The notes beneath the pieces were generated by a model, which saw only the letters and a program-made list of their open reading frames with translations, was not told the DNA's origin and ran no database searches. Below are positions 50,761 through 63,154 of a DNA stretch of 64,000 nucleotides, in pieces. Positions within the stretch are counted from its first letter, which is position 1. Every line of letters starts with the position of its first letter. The DNA lies in contig NC_057719.1 of NCBI RefSeq assembly GCF_004010195.1, positions 34,845,537 through 34,909,536 of the forward strand, read 5' to 3'. The stretch comes from Chiloscyllium plagiosum. Lineage: Eukaryota. Made by a program: the position numbers and the translations under genes.

Positions 50761-52610
50761 TTTTTTTAAATCTAAAGTTACCACTTATTACCACAAATTA
50801 TTTGAATATTGGACATCTTTTGTTATTTTATGACAGGTAAAATAAAAAGTCCAAGACAAGATTGACAATGTTAGCATTGGATTGTCAACCTTCCAGGATT
50901 GTTCACGAATTAGAGATTAATCTCCTGAACAGAGGGGTTTTGTGAATCTGCAACATATGCATTCATTAAGCATCTGTCTGATTGTCCTTGCTCAGCCTAA
51001 ACATCTGTTTCTGTACTCCATTAGAAGGGGTTCTTATCAGTTACAATAGTTTTAAAAAAAAATTGCGATTCTTTAGGAATTTTATTAACTGGAACTAAAC
51101 AATGCATTTTGAGTGAATAAAGTGTTGTGCTGAAAAGATTGTCAAAAGATGTAATACCAGAACTAATAGAATGTTTATTATATATACTTATTATATTTAA
51201 CACTTTTTCAGAATATCCATAAACATTTAAGTTTGAGAACTTAAAGCCTATGTGTGTGAAATATCATTGAGTGGGAAAACATTTCAGTTGGGAAAATTGA
51301 GGATTTCTAGAACAGGACATTCATGAGAAATACTTATAAGAAGGATATTATCAAGCTGGAGAGGGTTCAGAAGAGGGGTGTGGTGTGTGGCAGCGTCCTG
51401 CACCCCTGTTCTATATCTGTCGGCCAGGTACCCTGATTCGACCAGTTCCACGGCTGCAAACAATGCACTCGCTGTATGAGGTCCACCTGGCAGACCTCTC
51501 TACGACCACGACATCCCTCCCTCTCTAAGGCTGGTTCTTCATTTTTCAATGCATCTACAGCTCCTCTGAGGCATTTTAGCACCAGGTCAGGTTTTTTGAA
51601 TTCTGCCTCTAATACATGCACAGTAGCTTGCCTCTTGTGCCTGGAACACCTCAGAAGAAATTAATTGTCGTCTTCAGGCAGCAAAGATATCCATCGTGTC
51701 CTTCTCAGATTCGGAGGCACCTTAAACGCTTTACAGAGAGGAAGAGCACATGGCTTCCAGAACAGTTGGAAAGGCTGTTGAGGAGCTGGGTCGAGAGTGT
51801 CCGTTGACTCTGATCTCCAGTATCTGCAGTCCTTCCTTTCTCCCTGTTAAGGAACTGGGCCCATTTTGCTCTCACAGGTTGTGACTTTGCAGCTTTCATT
51901 TGGTTCAAATGCTTGTTCAGGGCTGTCCCACCTACCGGAACTTCATACATCACTGGACCTGACCTCACGCTGACCATGCCTCTTACCCACACAGGGCCAT
52001 TCCTCTAGTTCCTTCACCAAACTTGGGTCCCCGAAGTAAAATGTCTGTCTGACTTAGCAGAGTCTTGTGCCCAGCATTGGCATGTGCCGTCTTCCTCATG
52101 CCTGTCTGGAAGATCAGAATTAACCTGATGCAGTGTCTTCTCCCCATTAACAACGTTAGGGCTATCCCTGTAGTTGCATGAGGGGTAGTCCTATAATCAA
52201 ATAAGAACCAGGAATGTTTGGTATCTCGTGAAGCTTTAGGCTGTTTCTTTAAGCCTGCCTTTAAAGTTTGGACTGTTCTTTCTACCAGACCATTTCACTT
52301 TAGGAAATACTCATATTCCCTGCTGGTAAATGATGGCCCAATATCTGTGACCAACTGTTAGGGGCGTCCATATATTGTAAAAGATGCATGCAGTTTTTCT
52401 ATCATTCTCATGTTTGACGAATGAACTCTGTGCACGTCTAGCCACTTTCAGTATGTGTCCATAATGTCTAAGAACACTGAGTCCATGAAAGAACCTGCAC
52501 AGTCCACATTTGACTGAGTCTGGGGTTTACCTGGTCATTCCTATGAACCTTGGGGGAGCTACTGGCAGTAATTTTTGTCATTGTTGGCTCTCTTGGCACT
52601 GCTCCATCAA

Positions 52611-52764
52611 GGAGAAAGTGAGGTCTATCCAGGGCACAGGAGATTCGACGTTTCGGGCACAGGCCCTTCTTCAGGAATGAAGAAGGGCCTGTGCCCGAAA
52701 CGTCGAATCTCCTGTTCCCTGGATGCTGCCTGACCTGCTGTGCTGTTCCAGCAATAAAGTTTCA
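52611..52764. mobile_element. 154-bp fold-back hammerhead mini element
   Basis: 13-bp TSD ACTGCTCCATCAA at 52598 and 52765; 47-bp inverted arms 52627-52673 / 52678-52724 with one mismatch. Confidence 0.88.
52643..52678 (-). ncRNA. Minimal type I hammerhead ribozyme motif (intact)
   Basis: AUUC-CUGAAGA-A-GGGC-CUGU-GCCC-GAAACGUC^GAAU: stems I and II fully paired, palindromic ACGU in place of stem III. Confidence 0.75.
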
Positions 52765-55433
52765 ACTGCTCCATCAACACAGATGTTTCTGTATCCAATC
52801 CCGGGTACCCGACATACTATCTCGCCAACATCTTAATTTTCGAACACCTGAACGTCCTTTTGTAGAGTATCTGATGGCAATCTTTCCATGGGATAAGTCA
52901 CACTTGATCCCCATAATATGCCATTCTGTACTGTGATCTAGTCTGGCCTGGCCCAATTTCTGGTTGTGACAGCCCTTTGGTTTTTTTTCCCCTACTACCT
53001 TCACAACCAGCTGTTTCAGTTTTGCCAAGATCAGACCTTTCTGCATCCAATGTCTGATATTGTCAGCTGTGTCTGGAAGCATGTCTAAAAAAATTTAAAA
53101 GCATTATGGACTCTTCCAATGGCGGTACCACAAGTTGTGCATCAGCCAGGAGGAGATGGCTCAATGCATTTACATTTGCAACTGTGTTCCAACTTGTAAT
53201 TATACACACGTAGAATTCTGTGATGGACTCAAATTCTGCCTGAAGTTATGGGTGGCACTGCCTTGTCCTCTTCAAATAGAGATAGGGGTTTGTAACCTGT
53301 TATTATTACTTTGTCCCCACACTACCGCCTCTCAGTGGTAGTGCTTATATTTCCCCAGCAACCTTGTCGTGTGTGTGCAGGTGTCGCAAAAAGTGTGTAA
53401 ATCTTTATTTATATTCCACCACCAGGAAGAATGGGGACACCCGAGTGGCCAATGACAAGCAGTGCCTTTCACTCCTGTTTTATATCTGTCAGCCGTAAAG
53501 ATATTGGTGGAACTTTCTGACTCCAAATATGAACGCCAAACCTTCCTTCTCTATCTAGGTGTTTTTACACTCCGTATTAGGTGAAGTTCTGGACGCATAC
53601 ACTCAATTGAGCGTTCCTCTCTATTGGGCCTCCTATGAGCTAATGCCAACCTGGTGCAGTATGGGGAGGCATTGCATGTCAATAGTAGATCTTGTTTGTT
53701 TGTTCATTGCTCTCAAGGTTATGGCCTGGTTACAGGACCACTTCTAAGGCTGACCCTCCAAGAGTTGATGCACATGTGCCAGGTTGGAGGACAAATTATG
53801 TATGAACTTTCCATAATTCAGCAGCCCAAGACTTAATCTTCAGTAGATTGGGGGTCGGTGCACCTTTGATCACCCTCACTGGGTACCCGGTCTTGACGGC
53901 TCTGTAGCCCAAAAAGGTCATTTGGAACACCCGGAACACACCTTTGTCCCCTCTAAGACGCAAGTCCACTTAGGAGGAACAACTAAGGACGATTTCTGAA
54001 TTATCTAAGTGCTTTTTATTGGTCTGTCTTGTTATTAGCATGTCATCAAGTTAACTGGCCTCTGGGGTAAACCTTGTAAAATATCCTCCATCACCCGCTA
54101 AAAAATTGCACAGGCTAACAATACCTGAAAGGGAACCTTGTATGTTGGTACAAATCCTCATGAGTATTTAATGTAGCATACCTCTGGGAATCCTCATCTA
54201 ACCATAATTGCAAGTCTAGCATAACTCATGTCTAGCTTCATGAAGGACAGTCCCCTTGTCAGCTTTGTGTAAATTCTCTATGCAAGGGATTGGGTATTTT
54301 TTCCAGCTGTGAAAAGTGGCTTACTATTTGTTTAAAATCCCTACATTCTGCAAACTGACTGGTTTGATGATTCCTTCACTTTCTAGCTGTCTGATTTCTA
54401 CCTCTACCTTTTGCATGTAGACAAATGGCAATGGGCAGGCCTTGAAGACTCATGGAATTGCTTCTTGGTCAACATGCAAGGTGGGCTTGGCATTTTTGAT
54501 AGTCTCTAGATCCTCCTGAAGAACCTCTGGGTATTTAATTAGGACTTCACTCAGGCAGCCATTGTCTCAACACTTTTTTGTTTGACTAGAAAATCTAGGT
54601 GAATTATTCTTATCCCCCACTAGGATTCACCCATGTGGTGAATCTTTCTCCAGCATTTCGCTGCATCAAGCTTGGGCCCAAACCTTTTTACTGCAATGGT
54701 AACTGAACCAGCTGCTTATGAGATTAGAATCGAAATTATACCCTCAATTTATAAGGATTCCCCAGTATAGGTTCTTAGTCTATCCAAGGTCTTGGGAAAA
54801 CTCGAGGGTTGTAGTGTAGAGCGAAGTTTGGTAAAGACTGCTTCTGCAATCACTTACAGCTGCACTGGTATCAACCTCCATTAGAACCAGGTGACCACTT
54901 AGCCAGGCATTTATTTTGATAGGTTCTAGTTTGGATGTGGCTAAGCAAGTTAACTGTTCCAAACCAGATGTAGGTGGACTTTCCAGGTAGTACACACTAC
55001 TGGATACCGGTCAGTGAGTTCTCTTACTCCATTGCTGTCTCAAGTCCACATATCAGCAGCAATTACAATGGCTTGCTGGCCAAGATCATGGGAAAATTTT
55101 AACCATTTGGCTGAGGCTTGGCTTTTCTTGGGGTTTTGCTATGGGTTGACCTAGAATTCCTCTGTTCAGGATACATCCCAAGTGAAGCTATGCAATTGCT
55201 TTCATTCAAGTGGTCTTCCCCTAGCTGAGTCAGACTGGCGAGGGTGTCCATTTACATCTGAATACAATGCAACTTATATGCTCTACTTATTGCTCTACGT
55301 ATTGCATTTTAAAATGATAAAGCCAGTTGTGGTTCCTGTTTGAAATCTAGTTGGGCGTCAGCTAGCAGGTGCTTTTGCATAGTTACATCACTAATTCCAT
55401 GTACCAAATGGTGTCTCAGCATCGCATTAAGAG

Positions 55434-55775
55434 GGGAACAGCATGGTGCTCAGTGGTTAGCACTGCTGCCTTACAGTGCCAGTCACCTGGGCTCCATTCC
55501 ACCCTCAGGTGACTGGCTGCATGGAGGTTGCACGTTTGGTGTCTGCATGGGTTTCCTCCGGGTGTTCAGGTTTTTTTTTCCCCCAGAGATGTGCGTGTTA
55601 GGTGGATTGGCCATGCTAAATAGCCCATAGTGTCCAGGGATGTGTAGGCTAGGTGGATTAGCATTGGCAAGTGCAGTGTTGCAGGGATCGGCTTGGGGAA
55701 TGGGGTGCTCTTGGGAGTGCCAGTGTGGACTTGATGGGTTAAATGGTCTGCTTTCATACTATAGGGATTCAATGA
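55434..55775 (+). mobile_element. Diverged HE1-like SINE inside Gypsy remnant
   Basis: GGTGCTCAGTGGTTAGCACTGCTGCC head; GGGTTTCCTCCGGGTG. Confidence 0.75.
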
Positions 55776-56394
55776 TTCAAAGCGTTAAACCAAAGTCACA
55801 TGCCTCCACCACTTACCTCGTCAAAAATCCTGATGCTGATTGCCCTGGTTCTCAAATTAACAAGTAAAATCGATAGCATCTCAATTAGAGGAGGGTTGAA
55901 GTTGTTATATTTCTTGACTAAATTAGTTAGTTTTTTGAAAGATTTTAGTATCTGGTGCCTGAGGCAAAATTTAATCTTCTAATAACTGCAGGTCTATAAG
56001 TTGTCAGGAGAATTACTCATTGGGGTAGGTGAAAAAAAAATCGAGTCATTTGGCCTGATAAATCAATGCATTCTTTTCACATACTGGGTCCAGTCTTTGG
56101 CAAAATAGAATGAGTCAGGCTTCCCAAATTACATGTTGCCAGAAATACTTGCTGCAGCTCAAAGACCACTGTTGAGTGAATTTCTTTAAGAGGGTATTTT
56201 TATCTTGCTGCCAATGAACTAATTCCAGGGTCAAGTATCTCATTTCCTTTGTTTACACACGGAGAGTCCACAACATAGAGCAAACAGAATAAATGGCACT
56301 TGTTCTTATATCAGCCAGGGCTCCCTGATTGGGGCTTTAATCTGGTCCAGTCTGGGACCTCTTTTTTTTTAAGGGGAGGGCAGGGAATCCCTTG

Positions 56395-56775
56395 GTTTTT
56401 TTTTTGGTTTTTTTCTTTCTTTTTATTTAACCCCCACACTACCGCCTAAGTGCGGTAGTGCTTATTTTTCCCCAGCACCCATGGTGTGTGTCGGTGTGAG
56501 ACACAGTGAGAGACACAAGGTGCACAAATCTTTATTCAATTTCCACCATCAGGAAGATAGGAAAACACCCAAGTAGCCAGTGATAAACACTGCCTTTCAC
56601 ATCAAAGGGCAGTGCTGTGTGATCAAAACAGTGAAGGAGAGGGTAGGGACTAAATCAGAATACAGTTGGAGGGAGAAATAATGCACTCCACTCCCTGCGG
56701 CCCCCACCTCTCCCTGAACAACTCCAGGGTGTTGGTCGACACCGTGTGCTCCTTCTCCAAGGACACCCGGGCTCT
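56395..56775 (-). mobile_element. Tx1/L1-clade LINE 3' end (second 3'UTR fragment at about 53310-53470)
   Basis: Minus strand RARVSLEKEHTVSTNTLELFRERWGPQGVEC, AATAAA, terminal hairpin CACTACCGC..GCGGTAGTG and A-rich tail; family assignment from memory. Confidence 0.6.
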
Positions 56776-57759
56776 GGAAACTCTTATTCTGAGGTCCACC
56801 TTTTATAACAATCACTGTACCTCCCACTTTCCTTCATTACTCAATGAAGAATCATTTATGAAGCTTTAAGCTAGTTACCTCCTGTTAAGAGGTTTGACAA
56901 GAATAATGCTATTGATGTGAAATGCGTGGACTTGCTCTGATGTTTGACAGAGTGCCGTTCAACAGAATTGAGGTCATTCTATAAAACAAGACAGTAGCTT
57001 TGTAGATAGAATATTGACTGTGTAATGGGAAACAGAGTAATAGTCAATGGATATTGTTTTGAGCTTGATGAAGGGTATAGTGGAGTTCCAAAAAGGTGGT
57101 ATTGGGACCTTTTGTTTTCCTGATGGTATGTAAATAGTCTGGATCGCTGTGTGCTGGGGACAACTTCAAAGTTTCTAGATGATGAGTTGTCAGTGACATC
57201 TTATAGAAAAGATGTGAATGCATTGGAGAGAGTGCAGAATATTTACAAGAATGTTTGCAGGAATGAGAAACTTCAGTTATGTAGAAATTAGGACTGCTCT
57301 CCTTGGAGGGAAGACGACTGAGGTGAGGTTTTAAAAAAAAAAAAAATTTTCAGTGAATGGTTATGGTTTGGAAGTGAGGCATTAAAGAGGACTTTGGATG
57401 ATTATTTGGGTGGAAATCATGTTAAAGAGAATGAAGGGAAAGCATGAGATTGACTGTGTAATAGGGCTTGTTTGAAAAGCCACTGTGGTCATGAAGGCAG
57501 AATGGCTACCTTCAATAATTCTGTGATTCGGTCAGTTTGTTTATAATATTTTGTAATGATCATATGTAGATTTTCTTTCATCTCTCCAACTATTCTTTAA
57601 ACTTAAGATAATCCTTTAAAACATTTAAAGATGTTTCATTTTTGTGTTTTGAGCATTATTTGATCCTGGTATCTAATGGTAATTGTGTGATAAGAATTTT
57701 TGAATACCATCTTTTATCAGTTGGATGCTTCAGATTTTATGATTCCAATTACTGTGTAG

Positions 57760-59520
57760 TTATAGAGTCATACAGCATGGAAACAGACTTGACAGTCCAA
57801 CTAGTCCGTGTTGATTAGGCATCCCAATCTGATCATTTGCCAGCATTTGGCCCATAGCTCTTTTCAACTCCATATATCTATCCAGATGCCTTTTTTTAAA
57901 TGTTGTAATTGTATCCACTTGCTCTGGCATCTTATTCCATACATACACCAACTTTTTTTTTTTTGCGTAAAAATATACTGCCCCTTCAATCCCTTTAAAA
58001 CTTTCCCCTCTGACTTTAATCCTATGCCCTCTAGTTCTGGACTCACATCCCCCAACCCCCCCCCCTCCCTCACTCAGGGAAAAGACCTTGGTCTGTTCAC
58101 CCTATCAATGCCCTTGATTTAATAAACCTCTAAAAGCAGTCTCCAATGCTCTGGGGGAAAAGCCTGTTCAGCGTATCCCTATAGCTCAAACCCACCAGTC
58201 CCCTCAAAGTCCTTTGAAATCTTTTCTGAACCCATTCAAGTTTAACAACAATGTTTCTATAGCAGAGTGACCAAAATTGTATGCAGTACTCCAAATTTGG
58301 ACTTACCAGTGTCCTGTATGGCCACAATATGATATCCCAATTCCTGTACTCAAATGCTTTGACCAATGAAAGCAAGCATACCAAATACCACCTTGACGAC
58401 TCAACCTGCAACTCCACTCTGTAAGAACAATGCCCCTGCACCCCTTGGTCTCTTTTGTTCAGTAATGCTAACCAGGGTCCTACCATTTTAAGTGTAAAAG
58501 TCCTGTCCCTGGTTTGCCTTACCAAAGTGCATCACCTCACATTTATCTCAATTAAATTCCATCTGCCATTCCTTGGACCATTGGCTCATCTGATCAAAGT
58601 CCTGTTGTACTGTTAGATAATCTTCACTGTCCACTAGAACATCTATTTTGGTTTGTCTGCAGACTTGCTAGCTATACCTTCTATATTCACATCCAAGCCA
58701 TTAAAATACTTGATAAAAGGCAGTGGACCCAGCACTGATCCTTGTGGCACTCCACTGGCCACATTGTACACTCTGATAAACAACCCTCCACTATTGCCCC
58801 CTCTGTCCTATCGTCAAGCCAATTTTCTATCCATTTGGATCCCCCAAGAGCCATGTCATCTAACCTTATTAGCCAGTCTACCATGCGGAACCTTGTTGAA
58901 TGCTTTGCTGAAGTCCATATGGACAATGTCTATCACTCTGCCTGTTTCAGTCTTCTTGGTCACCTCTTCAAAAATCTCAATCAAGCTAGTGAGACACTAT
59001 TTCGCATGCACAAAGCCATGCTGACTATCCCTAATTGGTCCTTGCCTTTCTAAATGCATGTAAAAACTGCCCCCTCAGAATTCCCTGCAACAACTTACCC
59101 AACACTGATGTCCGGCTCACCAGTTTATAGTTCCCTGGCTTTTCCTTACATTATAAATAATGGTACCACATTAGCCAACCTCCAGTTTTCTGGCAGCTCA
59201 CCCATGGTTTCAACAAATGTTTCAACAAGAGGCCCAACAATCTCTTCCCAAGCTTCCCACAAATTTCTGGGATTTAACTACCTTTTTTATGCATTTTAAG
59301 ACCTCCAGCACCATTTTTCTTTTTTTTAATGTGAACTCTTTTGAGATGTCACTATTTATTTTGTCAGGTTCCCTAGCTTCCGTGTCTTCCACAGTAAATA
59401 CTAATGCAAAATATTTACTTCGTATCCCATCTATGTCCCATAATTCCACACAAATGGCCAATTGATCTTTAAGGGGTCCTATTTTCTCCCCTTTTGCTAT
59501 CTTGCCCTTAATGTATTAAT
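57760..59520 (-). mobile_element. Decayed CR1 LINE
   Basis: YRTLVSPNLEYCIQFWS and RT remnants; homologous to 36640-38350. Confidence 0.85.
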
Positions 59521-61059
59521 AGAATCTCTTGAATTGAATTAGCTTTATTGTCACACTTGCTCAAGTAAGTACAATGAAACGTTTACAGCTGCTGCGTTAG
59601 TGTCATCTTTGGTACAAAGGTACCTAGGTACAGATACTTAAGATTAAATTCTTAGAAAACAAAATAAGTTAGAAAAGTAAAGAAATAAATAATCCGTCAT
59701 GATAATCATACTTTTATTTTTCTAAATTATTTCTAAGAACTTCAGAATAGCAATCTTTCTGACCCCGTTCATGCCGGCACCTAGCCTCCAGGGAGAGCTC
59801 CACTGACTCGCCATCACCTGTACCGGGTCCACCAACGTAGGTGTCGCTCAGCTTTGGACACGAGATCTTTTTGCTACTGAACAAACTGTCCCCGCAACCA
59901 AGAAACCCTGGTGCTGCTGCAAGGCTGTTGCTAGGCCACGAGTCCCACTTCAGCTTCTTCGGCATCGCAATCTTGAAGAGTCTGTTGCTGTTGGCGCTGC
60001 CATTCCTGATCGGTGGAGGAGCTTTGCTGTCACTGGCCCTGAATACCGGGGGTTACATCTTGCTGCTGTTGCTGCTCCTGCTGGCCCCAGTGTTGGGAGA
60101 ATGACCACGCTGCTGCTGCCATTCGCCCTGAACTTTAGATTCTCCTTAACGCTATCGCATTCTTTTTTTTTGCCCTCCTGATTTCCTTCTTAAGTATACT
60201 GCTACTGCCTGTCTACTGTTCTAGGGATTCACTTGATTCCAACTGTCTTTTCCTAAAATATGCCTCCTTTTTTCTTGATCAACATCTCATATTTCTCGTC
60301 ACCCAGCATTCCCTACACCTACCAGCCCTGTCTTTCACTCTAGTAGGAACATACTATCTCACTCTCAAAGGTTTCCCACTTCCCATCAGTCCCTTTTACC
60401 TGCAAATCGCTTCCCCTACAACTTTTGAAACTCCTCTTTAATATGATTAAAAATTGGCCTTTCTCTGGTTTAGAACTTTAACTTTTTGATCCATTCTATC
60501 CTTTTCCATAACTGTGTTAAAACTAATAGAATTGTGATCACTTACCCCAAATTGTTCCCCAAGTTTCACCTCAGTCACTTGCCCTGCCTTATTTACCAAG
60601 AAAAGGTCAAGTATTGCTCCACCTCTGGTAGGTGCATCCTACGTTTTCTGAGCCACCGTACCATGGTGCCTGTATTGATGACAGAAGTCTTAGATAAGTA
60701 AAAATTAAGGTAGAGTTCATCTCGGATCAGTTGGGGGAAGTTGATTTGAGGAAGACCTCCACGCTGACCAGACCTCCATGTCAGGATAAGACCTGGAGAT
60801 TGCCATGCGAGGCCGAGACTGCACTGTTTGGGTAGATACTTCCTCTATGCTTGGTCCCGGCCAGGAGAAGATGCCTTAATTTTTTTTTTCATTTTTTGAA
60901 CTTGGCAAATGATTCCACCACTTAATTCTTTTAAGAGCAAATTTTGTTGCATCTTTCATCTCCAGATTTTGGATGATTAATGCAAATATTGCAAAATTGA
61001 TTTTGCTGTATTTGAAAATGTCTACAGGAAGGTGTATGATATTTTATTTTTTGTTCCAG

Positions 61060-61130
61060 ACATATGAAAATAACGAAGTTTACTTACCAAATGATGAAAT
61101 CTGGGTTTATGAAATAGAAAGTGGTGTATG
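61060..61130 (+). CDS. KLHDC1: KLHDC1 exon 2 (gene continues beyond window)
   Basis: ttttttgttccag|TYENNEVYLPNDEIWVYEIESGV(W)|gtaagt; 71 nt; in frame with both first exons. Confidence 0.93.
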
Positions 61131-61299
61131 GTAAGTAATATTTTACTGCTGACAAAACTATAACCTTGGAAGTGCAATTTTTCATTTAGTGGTGTGAATG
61201 CAACTGCTGTTTGCTCATTACTTAATACAGTAGATTTATTGCAGCACAATGCCATGTGAGTTTTCTTGATTATTCTTTCACAGGATGTGGGCAGTAATA

Positions 61300-62090
61300 G
61301 CAAGTCCAACATTTTTGTTGCTCATCTGTAATTGCCTTTGAAGTGAACAGTAGTGGTTGTGGGTTTGAAAAATGTTGGCTTAAAAAGCCTTGGTGAATTC
61401 CTGCAGTGCATCTTGTACATAGAACACACTGCTGATAGTGTGCTGCAGTGGTGGAGGGAGTAAATGTTTGTGAATATGGTGCCAATCAAGATGGCTGACC
61501 TATCCTGGATGGTGTTCTTGCGTTGTTGTAACTTCACTCATCCTGACAAGTGGGGAGTGTTCCATGACATTACTAGCTTGTGCCTTCTATGTGGGAGACA
61601 TCTTTTGGGAGTAAAGAGGTGTGGTGTTTGCTGTCGGATGCATAGCTTCTGACCTGCTGTTGTAGCCACTGTATTTACATGACAGACTAGAAACTGAACT
61701 GGACAAATGGTAACTCCCAGGATGTTGAGAATGAAGGATTCGGCAACAGTAATGAATTGAAAGTCAAGAGGCAATGTTTTGATTCTTTCTTGTTAGAGAT
61801 GGATATTTTCTGGCACTTGTATTGTGAATGTTACTTGCCACTTGGCAGTCCAGGCCTTGATGTTGTGGGCTGATGGAGGGGAGGTCATTGATAAAGCATT
61901 TGAAGATTGTAGTTCTTAGGCACTCCCATGGGAACTCCTGCAGACAGTCTTGGAGCTGAGCCAAATGACCTGTAGCAGCCGCAATCTTCATCCTTTGTGC
62001 GAGTTATGACTCCACCCAGTGTAAAGTTTCGTCATTTCTCATTGACTCTAGTTTGTTAGACCTCCTTGATGCCATGCTCCATCAAGTATT
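61300..62090 (-). mobile_element. Decayed LINE RT/3' fragment
   Basis: FKCFINDLPS, LNILGVTI, VMSWNTPHLSG-type remnants. Confidence 0.6.
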
Positions 62091-62214
62091 ACTTGTTTGG
62101 TTCCTAACTTGCTGTACTGCTCTATGTACTGATGATCAGATGTAACAACATTTATTAAAAATATAATTTTATAGATATCACAACATCATTCAACTTCTTC
62201 ATATAAGACAGGAT

Positions 62215-63150
62215 GTAGTTGTGGAGAGGTGTTTCTGTGACCAGTGGTGTTCTGCAAGGATCAGTGCTGGGACCTCTCTTGATTGTAAGATACACAAATG
62301 ATTTGGATGAAAAGCTAGGTGAATTGATTAGTAAGTTTTTTTTTTGAAAATGACATTAAAACTGGGCATAGTAAGGCAGGTTGTCAAAGACTATTACAGG
62401 ATATAGATCAGTTGGAAAGTTGGGCAGAGAATTGGCAGATGAAGTTTAATCTCGACATGTGTTAAGTGACACATTTTGGAAGGTCAAATGCAAGAGAAGT
62501 GTAAAATAAATGGCCTTTGGAGCATTAATATGCAGGGCCATTTTACGGTGCCAAGTCCGTACCGCCCTGAAAATGGCAACACAAGTGGATAAGACAGTAA
62601 AGAAGGCATGTTGCATGCTTGCCTTCACCCCTCAGGGTACCGAGTAGAAAAAGTTAGCAAGTCATGGATAAGATATTAGGTGTGTTGTGTCCAGTTCTGA
62701 TTGCCACGCTATAGGAAGATTGTGGAAGATTTGGCGAGGGTGCAAAAGAGATTTACCAGGTGCCAGGAGTGGAGTGTTTTCTCTATAATAAGAGGTTGGA
62801 CAAATGTGGATTGATTTTGAGAACCTTGGACACTGAGGGGTGACTTCATTTTTAAGTGTATATAGTTATGAGAGGCATGGATAGTGTAGATAATTCCACC
62901 TTGGGGGGGAAAAAGACTCTTGACTATCAAATACTAGAGGGGATTGGTTTAACGTGAGAGGGAAAAGTTTAAAGGAAATGTGAGGTAAGTTTTTTTTTAA
63001 AACACATTGTGATGGGTACCTAGAGTGATCTGCCAATGGAGGTGATAGAAGCAGATATGTTAGCAATGTTTAAGATGCAAATAGGCAGACACATGGACAG
63101 GCAGAGAGCAGAGGGATATGGACCATGTGCAGGCAGATAGGATTAGGTTA
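62215..63150 (+). mobile_element. Decayed CR1 3' portion
   Basis: GTGACCAGTGGTGTTCTGCAAGGATCAGTGCTGGGACC (VTSGV.QGSVLGP) through to 3' UTR. Confidence 0.8.
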
Positions 63151-63154
63151 GAAT

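Larger units (their letters stand above)
51850..56215 (-). mobile_element. Decayed Gypsy-type LTR retrotransposon internal region (gag-PR-RT-IN) with nested insertions
   Basis: Minus-strand remnants: gag MLRHHLVHGISDVTMQKHLLAD, protease MEVDTSAAVS, RT QLEKYPIP; PBS-like TGGCAGCAAGAT near 56203-56214. Confidence 0.75.

Noticed and set aside
50156..50794. 212-aa minus-strand ORF
   Set aside because: Largely antisense translation of a diverged SINE; no domain
51367..51810. Overlapping short ORFs as a novel gene
   Set aside because: No recognisable domain or splice signals; adjoins TE termini, probably TE-derived but unclassified
59535..60135. GC-rich block with hydrophobic ORF 59841-60104
   Set aside because: Appears inserted within a CR1, low-complexity CTG-rich, no splice context; likely an unclassified repeat
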